A stretch of 64,000 nt of DNA. Origin: Eledone cirrhosa. Its lineage: Eukaryota. Positions 42,521-57,500 of this stretch are shown here, in pieces. Each line of letters starts with the position of its first letter. Position 1 is the first letter of the stretch. The stretch spans positions 367,970,001 through 368,034,000 of the forward strand of contig OZ024742.1 of assembly GCA_964016885.1 (NCBI GenBank), in the 5' to 3' direction. Made by a program: the position numbers and the translations under genes. The notes below the pieces were generated by a model. That model worked only from the letters and a program-made list of their open reading frames with translations, had not been told where the DNA came from and searched no databases.

Positions 42521-45500
42521 GTCAGTGAGTGGTTTACTATGTTGTGTCAGTGAGTGGTTTACTATGTTGTGTCAGTGAGAGAGTGGTTTACTATGTTGTG
42601 TCAGTAAGTGGTTTACTATGTTGTGTCAGTGAGTGGTTTACTATGTTGTGTCAGTGAGAGAGTGGTTTACTATGTTGTGTCAGTGAGAGAGTGGTTTACT
42701 ATGTTGTGTCAGTGAGAGAGTGGTTTACTATGTTGTGTCAGTGAGTGGTTTACTATGTTGTGTCAGTGAGAGAGTGGTTTACTATGTTGTGTCAGTGAGT
42801 GGTTTACTATGTTGTGTCAGTGAGTGGTTTACTATGTTGTGTCAATGAGTGGTTTACTATGTTGTGTCAGTGAGTGGTTTACTATGTTGTGTCAGTGAGT
42901 GGTTTACTATGTTGTGTCAGTGAGAGAGTGGTTTACTATGTTGTGTCAGTGAGTGGTTTACTATGTTGTGTCAGTGAGTGATTTACTATGTTGTGTCAGT
43001 GAGTGGTTTACTATATTGTGTCAGTGAGTGGTTTACTATGTTGTGTCAGTGAGTGGTTTACTATGTTGTGTCAGTGAGTGGTTTACTATGTTGTGTCAGT
43101 GAGTGGTTTACTATGTTGTGTCAGTGAGTGGTTTACTATGTTGTGTCAGTGAGTGGTTTACTATGTTGTGTCAGTGAGAGAGTGGTTTACTATGTTGTGT
43201 CAATGAGTGGTTTACTATGTTGTGTCAGTGAGAGAGTGGTTTACTATGTTGTGTCAGTGAGTGATTTACTATGTTGTGTCAGTGAGTGGTTTACTATGTT
43301 GTGTCTGTGAGTGGTTTACTATGTTGTGTCAGTGAGTGGTTTACTATGTTGTGTCTGTGAGATAGTGGTTTACTATGTTGTGTCAGTGAGTGGTTTACTA
43401 TGTTGTGTCAGTGAGTGGTTTACTATGTTGTGTCAGTGAGAGTGGTTTACTATGTTGTGTCAGTGAGAGAGTGGTTTACTATGTTGTGTCAGTGAGAGAG
43501 TGGTTTAATATGTTGTGTCTGTGAGAGAGTGGTTTACTATGTTGTGTCAGTGAGTGGTTTACTATGTTGTGTCAGTGAGAGAGTGGTTTACTATGTTGTG
43601 TCTGTGAGTGGTTTACTATGTTGTGTCAGTGAGTGGTTTACTATGTTGTGTCAGTGAGTGGTTTACTATGTTGTGTCAGTGAGTGGTTTACTATGTTGTG
43701 TCAGTGAGTGGTTTACTATGTTGTGTCAGTGAGTGGTTTACTATGTTGTGTCAGTGAGTGGTTTACTATGTTGTGTCAGTGAGTGGTTTACTATGTTGTG
43801 TCAGTGAGTGGTTTACTATGTTGTGTCAGTGAGAGGGTGGTTTACTATGCTGGGTCAGTGAGTGGTTTACTATGTTGTGTCAGTGAGTGGTTTACTATGT
43901 TGTGTCAGTGAGAGAGTGGTTTACTATGTTGTGTCAATGAGTGGTTTACTATGTTGTGTCAGTGAGAGAGTGGTTTACTATGTTGTGTCAGTGAGTGATT
44001 TACTATGTTGTGTCAGTGAGTGGTTTACTATGTTGTGTCTGTGAGTGGTTTACTATGTTGTGTCAGTGAGTGGTTTACTATGTTGTGTCTGTGAGAGAGT
44101 GGTTTACTATGTTGTGTCAGTGAGTGGTTTACTATGTTGTGTCAGTGAGTGGTTTACTATGTTGTGTCAGTGAGTGGTTTACTATGTTGTGTCAGTGAGA
44201 GAGTGGTTTACTATGTTATGTCAGTGAGAGAGTGGTTTACTATGTTGTGTCAGTGAGAGAGTGGTTTACTATGTTGTGTCAGTGAGAGAGTGGTTTACTA
44301 TGTTGTGTCAGTGAGTGGTTTACTATGTTGTGTCAGTGAGAGAGTGGTTTACTATGTTGTGTCAGTGAGTGGTTTACTATGTTGTGTCAGTGAGTGGTTT
44401 ACTATGTTGTGTCAGTGAGTGGTTTACTATGTTGTGTCAGTGAGTGGTTTACTATGTTGTGTCAGTGAGTGGTTTACTATGTTGTGTCAGTGAGAGAGTG
44501 GTTTACTATCTTGTGTCAGTGAGTGGTTTACTATGTTGTGTCAGTGAGTGATTTACTATGTTGTGTCAGTGAGTGGTTTACTATGTTGTGTCAGTGAGTG
44601 GTTTACTATGTTGTGTCAGTGAGTGGTTTACTATGTTGTGTCAGTGAGTGGTTTACTATGTTGTGTCAGTGAGTGGTTTACTATGTTGTTTCAGTGAGTG
44701 GTTTACTATGTTGTGTCAGTGAGTGGTTTACTATGTTGTGTCAGTGAGAGAGTGGTTTACTATGTTGTGTCAATGAGTGGTTTACTATGTTGTGTCAGTG
44801 AGAGAGTGGTTTACTATGTTGTGTCAGTGAGTGATTTACTATGTTGTGTCAGTGAGTGGTTTACTATGTTGTGTCTGTGAGTGGTTTACTATGTTGTGTC
44901 AGTGAGTGGTTTACTATGTTGTGTCTGTGAGATAGTGGTTTACTATGTTGTGTCAGTGAGTGGTTTACTATGTTGTGTCAGTGAGTGGTTTACTATGTTG
45001 TGTCAGTGAGAGTGGTTTACTATGTTGTGTCAGTGAGAGAGTGGTTTACTATGTTGTGTCAGTGAGAGAGTGGTTTACTATGTTGTGTCTGTGAGAGAGT
45101 GGTTTACTATGTTGTGTCAGTGAGTGGTTTACTATGTTGTGTCAGTGAGAGAGTGGTTTACTATGTTGTGTCAGTGAGTGGTTTACTATGTTGTGTCAGT
45201 GAGTGGTTTACTATGTTGTGTCAGTGAGTGGTCTACTATGTTGTGTCAGTGAGTGGTTTACTATGTTGTGTCAGTGAGTGGTTTACTATGTTGTGTCAGT
45301 GAGTGGTTTACTATGTTGTGTCAGTGAGTGGTTTACTATGTTGTGTCAGTGAGTGGTTTACTATGTTGTGTCAGTGAGTGGTTTACTATGTTGTGTCAGT
45401 GAGAGGGTGGTTTACTATGCTGGGTCAGTGAGTGGTTTACTATGTTGTGTCAGTGAGTGGTTTACTATGTTGTGTCAGTGAGAGAGTGGTTTACTATGTT

Positions 45501-48500
45501 GTGTCAGTGAGTGGTTTACTATGTTGTGTCAGTGAGAGAGTGGTTTACTATGTTGTGTCAGTGAGTGATTTACTATGTTGTGTCAGTGAGTGGTTTACTA
45601 TGTTGTGTCTGTGAGTGGTTTACTATGTTGTGTCAGTGAGTGGTTTACTATGTTGTGTCTGTGAGAGAGTGGTTTACTATGTTGTGTCAGTGAGTGGTTT
45701 ACTATGTTGTGTCAGTGAGTGGTTTACTATGTTCTGTCAGTGAGAGAGTGGTTTACTATGTTGTGTCAGTGAGAGAGTGGTTTACTATGTTGTGTCAGTG
45801 AGAGAGTGGTTTACTATGTTGTGTCTGTGAGAGAGTGGTTTACTATGTTGTGTCAGTGAGTGGTTTACTATGTTGTGTCAGTGAGTGGTTTACTATGTTG
45901 TGTCAGTGATAGAGTGGTTTACTATGTTGTGTCTGTGAGTGGTTTACTATGTTGTGTCAGTGAGTGGTTTACTATGTTGTGTCAGTGAGTGGTTTACTAT
46001 GTTGTGTCAGTGAGTGGTTTACTATGTTGTGTCAGTGAGTGGTTTACTATGTTGTGTCAGTGAGTGGTTTACTATGTTGTGTCAGTGAGTGGCTTACTAT
46101 GTTGTGTCAGTGAGTGGTTTACTATGTTGTGTCAGTGAGTGGTTTACTATGTTGTGTCAGTGAGAGGGTTGTTTACTATGCTGGGTCAGTGAGTGGTTTA
46201 CTATGTTGTGTCAGTGAGTGGTTTACTATGTTGTGTCAGTCAGAGAGTGGTTTACTATGTTGTGTCAGTGAGTGGTTTACTATGTTGTGTCAGTGAGTGG
46301 TTTACTATGTTGTGTCAGTGAGAGAGTGGTTTACTATGTTATGTCAGTGAGAGAGTGGTTTACTATGTTGTGTCAGTGAGAGAGTGGTTTACTATGTTGT
46401 GTCAGTGAGAGAGTGGTTTACTATGTTGTGTCAGTGAGTGGTTTACTATGTTGTGTCAGTGAGAGAGTGGTTTACTATGTTGTGTCAGTGAGTGGTTTAC
46501 TATGTTGTGTCAGTGAGTGGTTTACTATGTTGTGTCAGTGAGTGGTTTACTATGTTGTGTCAGTGAGTGGTTTACTATGTTGTGTCAGTGAGTGGTTTAC
46601 TATGTTGTGTCAGTGAGAGAGTGGTTTACTATCTTGTGTCAGTGAGTGGTTTACTATGTTGTGTCAGTGAGTGATTTACTATGTTGTGTCAGTGAGTGGT
46701 TTACTATGTTGTGTCAGTGAGTGGTTTACTATGTTGTGTCAGTGAGTGGTTTACTATGTTGTGTCAGTGAGTGGTTTACTATGTTGTGTCAGTGAGTGGT
46801 TTACTATGTTGTTTCAGTGAGTGGTTTACTATGTTGTGTCAGTGAGTGGTTTACTATGTTGTGTCAGTGAGAGAGTGGTTTACTATGTTGTGTCAATGAG
46901 TGGTTTACTATGTTGTGTCAGTGAGAGAGTGGTTTACTATGTTGTGTCAGTGAGTGATTTACTATGTTGTGTCAGTGAGTGGTTTACTATGTTGTGTCTG
47001 TGAGTGGTTTACTATGTTGTGTCAGTGAGTGGTTTACTATGTTGTGTCTGTGAGATAGTGGTTTACTATGTTGTGTCAGTGAGTGGTTTACTATGTTGTG
47101 TCAGTGAGTGGTTTACTATGTTGTGTCAGTGAGAGTGGTTTACTATGTTGTGTCAGTGAGAGAGTGGTTTACTATGTTGTGTCAGTGAGAGAGTGGTTTA
47201 CTATGTTGTGTCTGTGAGAGAGTGGTTTACTATGTTGTGTCAGTGAGTGGTTTACTATGTTGTGTCAGTGAGAGAGTGGTTTACTATGTTGTGTCAGTGA
47301 GTGGTTTACTATGTTGTGTCAGTGAGTGGTTTACTATGTTGTGTCAGTGAGTGGTCTACTATGTTGTGTCAGTGAGTGGTTTACTATGTTGTGTCAGTGA
47401 GTGGTTTACTATGTTGTGTCAGTGAGTGGTTTACTATGTTGTGTCAGTGAGTGGTTTACTATGTTGTGTCAGTGAGTGGTTTACTATGTTGTGTCAGTGA
47501 GTGGTTTACTATGTTGTGTCAGTGAGAGGGTGGTTTACTATGCTGGGTCAGTGAGTGGTTTACTATGTTGTGTCAGTGAGTGGTTTACTATGTTGTGTCA
47601 GTGAGAGAGTGGTTTACTATGTTGTGTCAGTGAGTGGTTTACTATGTTGTGTCAGTGAGAGAGTGGTTTACTATGTTGTGTCAGTGAGTGATTTACTATG
47701 TTGTGTCAGTGAGTGGTTTACTATGTTGTGTCTGTGAGTGGTTTACTATGTTGTGTCAGTGAGTGGTTTACTATGTTGTGTCTGTGAGAGAGTGGTTTAC
47801 TATGTTGTGTCAGTGAGTGGTTTACTATGTTGTGTCAGTGAGTGGTTTACTATGTTCTGTCAGTGAGAGAGTGGTTTACTATGTTGTGTCAGTGAGAGAG
47901 TGGTTTACTATGTTGTGTCAGTGAGAGAGTGGTTTACTATGTTGTGTCTGTGAGAGAGTGGTTTACTATGTTGTGTCAGTGAGTGGTTTACTATGTTGTG
48001 TCAGTGAGTGGTTTACTATGTTGTGTCAGTGATAGAGTGGTTTACTATGTTGTGTCTGTGAGTGGTTTACTATGTTGTGTCAGTGAGTGGTTTACTATGT
48101 TGTGTCAGTGAGTGGTTTACTATGTTGTGTCAGTGAGTGGTTTACTATGTTGTGTCAGTGAGTGGTTTACTATGTTGTGTCAGTGAGTGGTTTACTATGT
48201 TGTGTCAGTGAGTGGCTTACTATGTTGTGTCAGTGAGTGGTTTACTATGTTGTGTCAGTGAGTGGTTTACTATGTTGTGTCAGTGAGAGGGTTGTTTACT
48301 ATGCTGGGTCAGTGAGTGGTTTACTATGTTGTGTCAGTGAGTGGTTTACTATGTTGTGTCAGTCAGAGAGTGGTTTACTATGTTGTGTCAGTGAGTGGTT
48401 TACTATGTTGTGTCAGTGAGAGAGTGGTTTACTATGTTGTGTCAGTGAGAGAGTGGTTTACTATGTTGTGTCAGTGAGAGAGTGGTTTACTATGTTGTGT

Positions 48501-51500
48501 CAGTGAGTGGTTTACTATGTTGTGTCAGTGAGTGGTTTACTATGTTGTGTCAGTGAGAGAGTGGTTTACTATGTTGTGTCTGTGAGAGAGTGGTTTACTA
48601 TGTTGTGTCAGTGAGTGGTTTACTATGTTGTGTCAGTGAGTGGTTTACTATGTTGTGTCAGTGAGAGAGTGGTTTACTATGTTGTGTCTGTGAGTGGTTT
48701 ACTATGTTGTGTCAGTGAGTAGTTTACTATGTTGTGTCAGTGAGTGGTTTACTATGTTGTGTCAGTGAGTGGTTTACTATGTTGTGTCAGTGAGTGGTTT
48801 ACTGTGTTGTGTCAGTGAGTGGTTTACTATGTTGTGTCAGTGAGTGGTTTACTATGTTGTGTCAGTGAGTGGTTTACTATGTTGTGTCAGTGAGAGGGTG
48901 GTTTACTATGCTGGGTCAGTGAGTGGTTTACTATGTTGTGTCAGTGAGTGGTTTACTATGTTGTGTCAGTGAGAGAGTGGTTTACTATGTTGTGTCAATG
49001 AGTGGTTTACTATGTTGTGTCAGTGAGAGAGTGGTTTACTATGTTGTGTCAGTGAGTGATTTACTACGTTGTGTCAGTGAGTGGTTTACTATGTTGTGTC
49101 TGTGAGTGGTTTACTATGTTGTGTCAGTGAGTGGTTTACTATGTTGTGTCTGTGAGAGAGTGGTTTACTATGTTGTGTCAGTGAGTGGTTTACTATGTTG
49201 TGTCAGTGAGAGAGTGGTTTACTATGTTGTGTCAATGAGTGGTTTACTATGTTGTGTCAGTGAGAGAGTGGTTTACTATGTTGTGTCAGTGAGTGATTTA
49301 CTATGTTGTGTCAGTGAGTGGTTTACTATGTTGTGTCTGTGAGTGGTTTACTATGTTGTGTCAGTGAGTGGTTTACTATGTTGTGTCTGTGAGATAGTGG
49401 TTTACTATGTTGTGTCAGTGAGTGGTTTACTATGTTGTGTCAGTGAGTGGTTTACTATGTTGTGTCAGTGAGAGTGGTTTACTATGTTGTGTCAGTGAGA
49501 GAGTGGTTTACTATGTTGTGTCAGTGAGAGAGTGGTTTACTATGTTGTGTCTGTGAGAGAGTGGTTTACTATGTTGTGTCAGTGAGTGGTTTACTAAGTT
49601 GTGTCAGTGAGAGAGTGGTTTACTATGTTGTGTCTGTGAGTGGTTTACTATGTTGTGTCAGTGAGTGGTTTACTATGTTGTGACATTGAGTGGTTTACTA
49701 TGTTGTGTCAGTGAGTGGTCTACTATGTTGTGTCAGTGAGTGGTTTACTATGTTGTGTCAGTGAGTGGTTTACTATGTTGTGTCAGTGAGTGGTTTACTA
49801 TGTTGTGTCAGTGAGTGGTTTACTATGTTGTGTCAGTGAGTGGTTTACTATGTTGTGTCAGTGAGTGGTTTACTATGTTGTGTCAGTGAGAGGGTGGTTT
49901 ACTATGCAGGGTCAGTGAGTGGTTTACTATGTTGTGTCAGTGAGTGGTTTACTATGTTGTGTCAGTGAGAGAGTGGTTTACTATGTTGTGTCAGTGAGTG
50001 ATTTACTATGTTGTGTCAGTGAGTGGTTTACTATGTTGTGTCTGTGAGTGGTTTACTATGTTGTGTCAGTGAGTGGTTTACTATGTTGTGTCTGTGAGAG
50101 AGTGGTTTACTATGTTGTGTCAGTGAGTGGTTTACTATGTTGTGTCAGTGAGTGGTTTACTATGTTGTGTCAGTGAGAGAGTGGTTTACTATGTTGTGTC
50201 AGTGAGAGAGTGGTTTACTATGTTGTGTCAGTGAGAGAGTGGTTTACTATGTTGTGTCTGTGAGAGAGTGGTTTACTATGTTGTGTCAGTGAGTGGTTTA
50301 CTATGTTGTGTCAGTGAGAGAGTGGTTTACTATGTTGTGTCTGTGAGTGGTTTACTATGTTGTGTCAGTGAGTGGTTTACTATGTTGTGTCAGTGAGTGG
50401 TTTACGATGTTGTGTCAGTGAGTCGTTTACTATGTTGTGTCAGTGAGTGGTTTACTATGTTGTGTCAGTGAGTGGTTTACTATGTTGTGTCAGTGAGCGG
50501 TTTACTATGTTGTGTCAGTGAGTGGTTTACTATGTTGTGTCAGTGAGTGGTTTACTATGTTGTGTCAGTGAGAGGGTTGTTTACTATGCTGGGTCAGTGA
50601 GTGGTTTACTATGTTGTGTCAGTGAGTGGTTTACTATGTTGTGTCAGTCAGAGAGTGGTTTACTATGTTGTGTCAGTGAGTGGTTAACTATGTTGTGTCA
50701 GTGAGAGAGTGGTTTACTATGTTGTGTCAGTGAGAGAGTGGTTTACTATGTTGTGTCAGTGAGAGAGTGGTTTACTATGTTGTGTCAGTGAGAGAGTGGT
50801 TTACTATGTTGTGTCAGTGAGTGGTTTACTATGTTGTGTCAGTGAGAGAGTGGTTTACTATGTTGTGTCAGTGAGTGGTTTACTATGTTGTGTCAGTGAG
50901 TGGTTTACTATGTTGTGTCAGTGAGTGGTTTACTATGTTGTGTCAGTGAGTGGTTTACTATGTTGTGTCAGTGAGTGGTTTACTATGTTGTGTCAGTGAG
51001 AGAGTGGTTTACTATGTTGTGTCAGTGAGTGGTTTACTATGTTGTGTCAGTGAGTGGTTTACTATGTTGTGTCAGTGAGTGGTTTACTATGTTGTGTCAG
51101 TGAGTGGTTTACTATGTTGTGTCAGTGAGTGGTTTACTATGTTGTGTCAGTGAGTGGTTTACTATGTTGTGTCAGTGAGTGGCTTACTATGTTGTGTCAG
51201 TGAGTGGTTTACTATGTTGTGTCAGTGAGTGGTTTACTATGTTGTGTCAGTGAGAGGGTTGTTTACTATGCTGGGTCAGTGAGTGGTTTACTATGTTGTG
51301 TCAGTGAGTGGTTTACTATGTTGTGTCAGTCAGAGAGTGGTTTACTATGTTGTGTCAGTGAGTGGTTTACTATGTTGTGTCAGTGAGAGAGTGGTTTACT
51401 ATGTTGTGTCAGTGAGAGAGTGGTTTACTATGTTGTGTCAGTGAGAGAGTGGTTTACTATGTTGTGTCAGTGAGTGGTTTACTATGTTGTGTCAGTGAGT

Positions 51501-54500
51501 GGTTTACTATGTTGTGTCAGTGAGAGAGTGGTTTACTATGTTGTGTCTGTGAGAGAGTGGTTTACTATGTTGTGTCAGTGAGTGGTTTACTATGTTGTGT
51601 CAGTGAGTGGTTTACTATGTTGTGTCAGTGAGAGAGTGGTTTACTATGTTGTGTCTGTGAGTGGTTTACTATGTTGTGTCAGTGAGTAGTTTACTATGTT
51701 GTGTCAGTGAGTGGTTTACTATGTTGTGTCAGTGAGTGGTTTACTATGTTGTGTCAGTGAGTGGTTTACTGTGTTGTGTCAGTGAGTGGTTTACTATGTT
51801 GTGTCAGTGAGTGGTTTACTATGTTGTGTCAGTGAGTGGTTTACTATGTTGTGTCAGTGAGAGGGTGGTTTACTATGCTGGGTCAGTGAGTGGTTTACTA
51901 TGTTGTGTCAGTGAGTGGTTTACTATGTTGTGTCAGTGAGAGAGTGGTTTACTATGTTGTGTCAATGAGTGGTTTACTATGTTGTGTCAGTGAGAGAGTG
52001 GTTTACTATGTTGTGTCAGTGAGTGATTTACTACGTTGTGTCAGTGAGTGGTTTACTATGTTGTGTCTGTGAGTGGTTTACTATGTTGTGTCAGTGAGTG
52101 GTTTACTATGTTGTGTCTGTGAGAGAGTGGTTTACTATGTTGTGTCAGTGAGTGGTTTACTATGTTGTGTCAGTGAGTGGTTTACTATGTTGTGTCAGTG
52201 AGAGAGTGGTTTACTATGTTGTGTCAGTGAGTGGTTTACTATGTTGTGTCAGTGAGTGATTTACTATGTTGTGTCAGTGAGTGGTTTACTATGTTGTGTC
52301 AGTGAGTGGTTTACTATGTTGTGTCAGTGAGTGGTTTACTATGTTGTGTCAGTGAGTGGTTTACTATGTTGTGTCAGTGAGTGGTTTACTATGTTGTGTC
52401 AGTGAGTGGTTTACTATGTTGTGTCAGTGAGTGGTTTACTATGTTGTGTCAGTGAGAGGGTGGTTTACTATGCTGGGTCAGTGAGTGGTTTACTATGTTG
52501 TGTCAGTGAGTGGTTTACTATGTTGTGTCAGTGAGAGAGTGGTTTACTATGTTGTGTCAATGAGTGGTTTACTATGTTGTGTCAGTGAGAGAGTGGTTTA
52601 CTATGTTGTGTCAGTGAGTGATTTACTATGTTGTGTCAGTGAGTGGTTTACTATGTTGTGTCTGTGAGTGGTTTACTATGTTGTGTCAGTGAGTGGTTTA
52701 CTATGTTGTGTCTGTGAGATAGTGGTTTACTATGTTGTGTCAGTGAGTGGTTTACTATGTTGTGTCAGTGAGTGGTTTACTATGTTGTGTCAGTGAGAGT
52801 GGTTTACTATGTTGTGTCAGTGAGAGAGTGGTTTACTATGTTGTGTCAGTGAGAGAGTGGTTTACTATGTTGTGTCTGTGAGAGAGTGGTTTACTATGTT
52901 GTGTCAGTGAGTGGTTTACTAAGTTGTGTCAGTGAGAGAGTGGTTTACTATGTTGTGTCTGTGAGTGGTTTACTATGTTGTGTCAGTGAGTGGTTTACTA
53001 TGTTGTGACATTGAGTGGTTTACTATGTTGTGTCAGTGAGTGGTCTACTATGTTGTGTCAGTGAGTGGTTTACTATGTTGTGTCAGTGAGTGGTTTACTA
53101 TGTTGTGTCAGTGAGTGGTTTACTATGTTGTGTCAGTGAGTGGTTTACTATGTTGTGTCAGTGAGTGGTTTACTATGTTGTGTCAGTGAGTGGTTTACTA
53201 TGTTGTGTCAGTGAGAGGGTGGTTTACTATGCAGGGTCAGTGAGTGGTTTACTATGTTGTGTCAGTGAGTGGTTTACTATGTTGTGTCAGTGAGAGAGTG
53301 GTTTACTATGTTGTGTCAATGAGTGGTTTACTATGTTGTGTCAGTGAGAGAGTGGTTTACTATGTTGTGTCAGTGAGTGATTTACTATGTTGTGTCAGTG
53401 AGTGGTTTACTATGTTGTGTCTGTGAGTGGTTTACTATGTTGTGTCAGTGAGTGGTTTACTATGTTGTGTCTGTGAGAGAGTGGTTTACTATGTTGTGTC
53501 AGTGAGTGGTTTACTATGTTGTGTCAGTGAGTGGTTTACTATGTTGTGTCAGTGAGAGAATGGTTTACTATGTTGTGTCAGTGAGAGAGTGGTTTACTAT
53601 GTTGTGTCAGTGAGAGAGTGGTTTACTATGTTGTGTCTGTGAGAGAGTGGTTTACTATGTTGTGTCAGTGAGTGGTTTACTATGTTGTGTCAGTGAGAGA
53701 GTGGTTTACTATGTTGTGTCTGTGAGTGGTTTACTATGTTGTGTCAGTGAGTGGTTTACTATGTTGTGTCAGTGAGTGGTTTACGATGTTGTGTCAGTGA
53801 GTCGTTTACTATGTTGTGTCAGTGAGTGGTTTACTATGTTGTGTCAGTGAGTGGTTTACTATGTTGTGTCAGTGAGCGGTTTACTATGTTGTGTCAGTGA
53901 GTGGTTTACTATGTTGTGTCAGTGAGTGGTTTACTATGTTGTGTCAGTGAGAGGGTTGTTTACTATGCTGGGTCAGTGAGTGGTTTACTATGTTGTGTCA
54001 GTGAGTGGTTTACTATGTTGTGTCAGTCAGAGAGTGGTTTACTATGTTGTGTCAGTGAGTGGTTAACTATGTTGTGTCAGTGAGAGAGTGGTTTACTATG
54101 TTGTGTCAGTGAGAGAGTGGTTTACTATGTTGTGTCAGTGAGAGAGTGGTTTACTATGTTGTGTCAGTGAGAGAGTGGTTTACTATGTTGTGTCAGTGAG
54201 TGGTTTACTATGTTGTGTCAGTGAGAGAGTGGTTTACTATGTTGTGTCAGTGAGTGGTTTACTATGTTGTGTCAGTGAGTGGTTTACTATGTTGTGTCAG
54301 TGAGTGGTTTACTATGTTGTGTCAGTGAGTGGTTTACTATGTTGTGTCAGTGAGTGGTTTACTATGTTGTGTCAGTGAGAGAGTGGTTTACTATGTTGTG
54401 TCAGTGAGTGGTTTACTATGTTGTGTCAGTGAGTGGTTTACTATGTTGTGTCAGTGAGTGGTTTACTATGTTGTGTCAGTGAGTGGTTTACTATGTTGTG

Positions 54501-57500
54501 TCAGTGAGTGGTTTACTATGTTGTGTCAGTGAGTGGTTTACTATGTTGTGTCAGTGAGTGGTTTACTATGTTGTGTCAGTGAGTGGTTTACTATGTTGTG
54601 TCAGTGAGAGAGTGGTTTACTATGTTGTGTCAATGAGTGGTTTACTATGTTGTGTCAGCGAGAGAGTGGTTTACTATGTTGTGTCAGTAAGTGATTTACT
54701 ATGTTGTGTCAGTGAGTGGTTTACTATGTTGTGTCTGTGAGTGGTTTACTATGTTGTGTCAGTGAGTGGTTTACTATGTTGTGTCTGTGAGAGAGTGGTT
54801 TACTATGTTGTGTCAGTGAGTGGTTTACTATGTTGTGTCAGTGAGTGGTTTACCATGTTGTGTCAGTGAGAGAGTGGTTTACTATGTTGTGTCAGTGAGA
54901 GAGTGGTTTACTATGTTGTGTCAGTGAGAGAGTGGTTTACTATGTTGTGTCTGTGAGAGAGTGGTTTACTATGTTGTGTCAGTGAGTGGTTTACTATGTT
55001 GTGTCAGTGAGTGGTTTACTATGTTGTGTCAGTGAGAGAGTGGTTTACTATGTTGTGTCTGTGAGTGGTTTACTATGTTGTGTCAGTGAGTAGTTTACTA
55101 TGTTGTGTCAGTGAGTGGTTTACTATGTTGTGTCAGTGAGTGGTTTACTATGTTGTGTCAGTGAGTGGTTTACTATGTTGTGTCAGTGAGTGGTTTACTA
55201 TGTTGTGTCAGTGAGTGGTTTACTATGTTGTGTCAGTGAGTGGTTTACTATGTTGTGTCAGTGAGAGGGTGGTTTACTATGCTGGGTCAGTGAGTGGTTT
55301 ACTATGTTGTGTCAGTGAGTGGTTTACTATGTTGTGTCAGTGAGAGAGTGGTTTACTATGTTGTCTCAATGAGTGGTTTACTATGTTGTGTCAGTGAGAG
55401 AGTGGTTTACTATGTTGTGTCAGTGAGTGATTTACTATGTTGTGTCAGTGAGTGGTTTACTATGTTGTGTCTGTGAGTGGTTTACTATGTTGTGTCAGTG
55501 AGTGGTTTACTATGTTGTGTCTGTGAGAGAGTGGTTTACTATGTTGTGTCAGTGAGTGGTTTACTATGTTGTGTCAGTGAGTGGTTTACTATGTTGTGTC
55601 AGTGAGAGAGTGGTTTACTATATTGTGTCAGTGAGAGAGTGGTTTACTATGTTGTGTCAGTGAGTGGTTTACTATGTTGTGTCAGTGAGTGGTTTACTAT
55701 GTTGTGTCAGTGAGTGGTTTACTATGTTGTGTCAGTGAGAGAGTGGTTTACTATGTTGTGTCAGTGAGTGGTTTACTATGTTGTGTCAGTGAGAGAGTGG
55801 TTTACTATGTTGTGTCAGTGAGAGAGTGGTTTACTATGTTGTGTCAGTGAGAGAGTGGTTTACTATGTTGTGTCAGTGAGTGGTTTACTATGTTGTGTCA
55901 GTGAGAGAGTGGTTTACTATGTTGTGTCAGTGAGTGGTTTACTATGTTGTGTCAGTGAGTTGTTTACTATGTTGTGTCAGTGAGTGGTTTACTATGTTGT
56001 GTCAGTGAGTGGTTTACTATGTTGTGTCAGTGAGTGGTTTACTATGTTGTGTCAGTGAGTGGTTTACTATGTTGTGTCAGTGAGAGAGTGGTTTACTATG
56101 TTGTGTCAGTGAGTGGTTTACTATGTTGTGTCAGTGAGTGATTTACTATGTTGTGTCAGTGAGTGGTTTACTATGTTGTGTCAGTGAGTGGTTTACTATG
56201 TTGTGTCAGTGAGTGGTTTACTATGTTGTGTCAGTGAGTGGTTTACTATGTTGTGTCAGTGAGTGGTTTACTATGCTGTGTCAGTGAGTGGTTTACTATG
56301 TTGTGTCAGTGAGTGGTTTACTATGTTGTGTCAGTGAGAGAGTGGTTTACTATGTTGTGTCAATGAGTGGTTTACTATGTTGTGTCAGTGAGAGAGTGGT
56401 TTACTATGTTGTGTCAGTGAGTGATTTACTATGTTGTGTCAGTGAGTGGTTTACTATGTTGTGTCTGTGAGTGGTTTACTATGTTGTGTCAGTGAGTGGT
56501 TTACTATGTTGTGTCTGTGAGATAGTGGTTTACTATGTTGTGTCAGTGAGTGATTTACTATGTTGTGTCAGTGAGTGGTTTACTATGTTGTGTCAGTGAG
56601 AGGGTGGTTTACTATGCTGGGTCAGTGAGTGGTTTACTATGTTGTGTCAGTGAGTGGTTTACTATGTTGTGTCAGTGAGAGAGTGGTTTACTATGTTGTG
56701 TCAATGAGTGGTTTACTATGTTGTGTCAGTGAGAGAGTGGTTTACTATGTTGTGTCAGTGAGTGATTTACTATGTTGTGTCAGTGAGTGGTTTACTATGT
56801 TGTGTCTGTGAGTGGTTTACTATGTTGTGTCAGTGAGTGGTTTACTATGTTGTGTCTGTGAGAGAGTGGTTTACTATGTTGTGTCAGTGAGTGGTTTACT
56901 ATGTTGTGTCAGTGAGTGGTTTACTATGTTGTGTCAGTGAGAGAGTGGTTTACTATGTTGTGTCAGTGAGAGAGTGGTTTACTATGTTGTGTCAGTGAGT
57001 GGTTTACTATGTTGTGTCAGTGAGTGGTTTACTACGTTGTGTCAGTGAGTGGTTTACTATGTTGTGTCAGTGAGAGAGTGGTTTACTATGTTGTGTCAGT
57101 GAGTGGTTTACTATGTTGTGTCAGTGAGAGAGTGGTTTACTATGTTGTGTCAGTGAGAGAGTGGTTTACTATGTTGTGTCAGTGAGAGAGTGGTTTACTA
57201 TGTTGTGTCAGTGAGTGGTTTACTATGTTGTGTCAGTGAGAGAGTGGTTTACTATGTTGTGTCAGTGAGTGGTTTACTATGTTGTGTCAGTGAGTTGTTT
57301 ACTATGTTGTATCAGTGAGTGGTTTACTATGTTGTGTCAGTGAGTGGTTTACTATGTTGTGTCAGTGAGTGGTTTACTATGTTGTGTCAGTGAGTGGTTT
57401 ACTATGTTGTGTCAGTGAGAGAGTGGTTTACTATGTTGTGTCAGTGAGTGGTTTACTATGTTGTGTCAGTGAGTGATTTACTATGTTGTGTCAGTGAGTG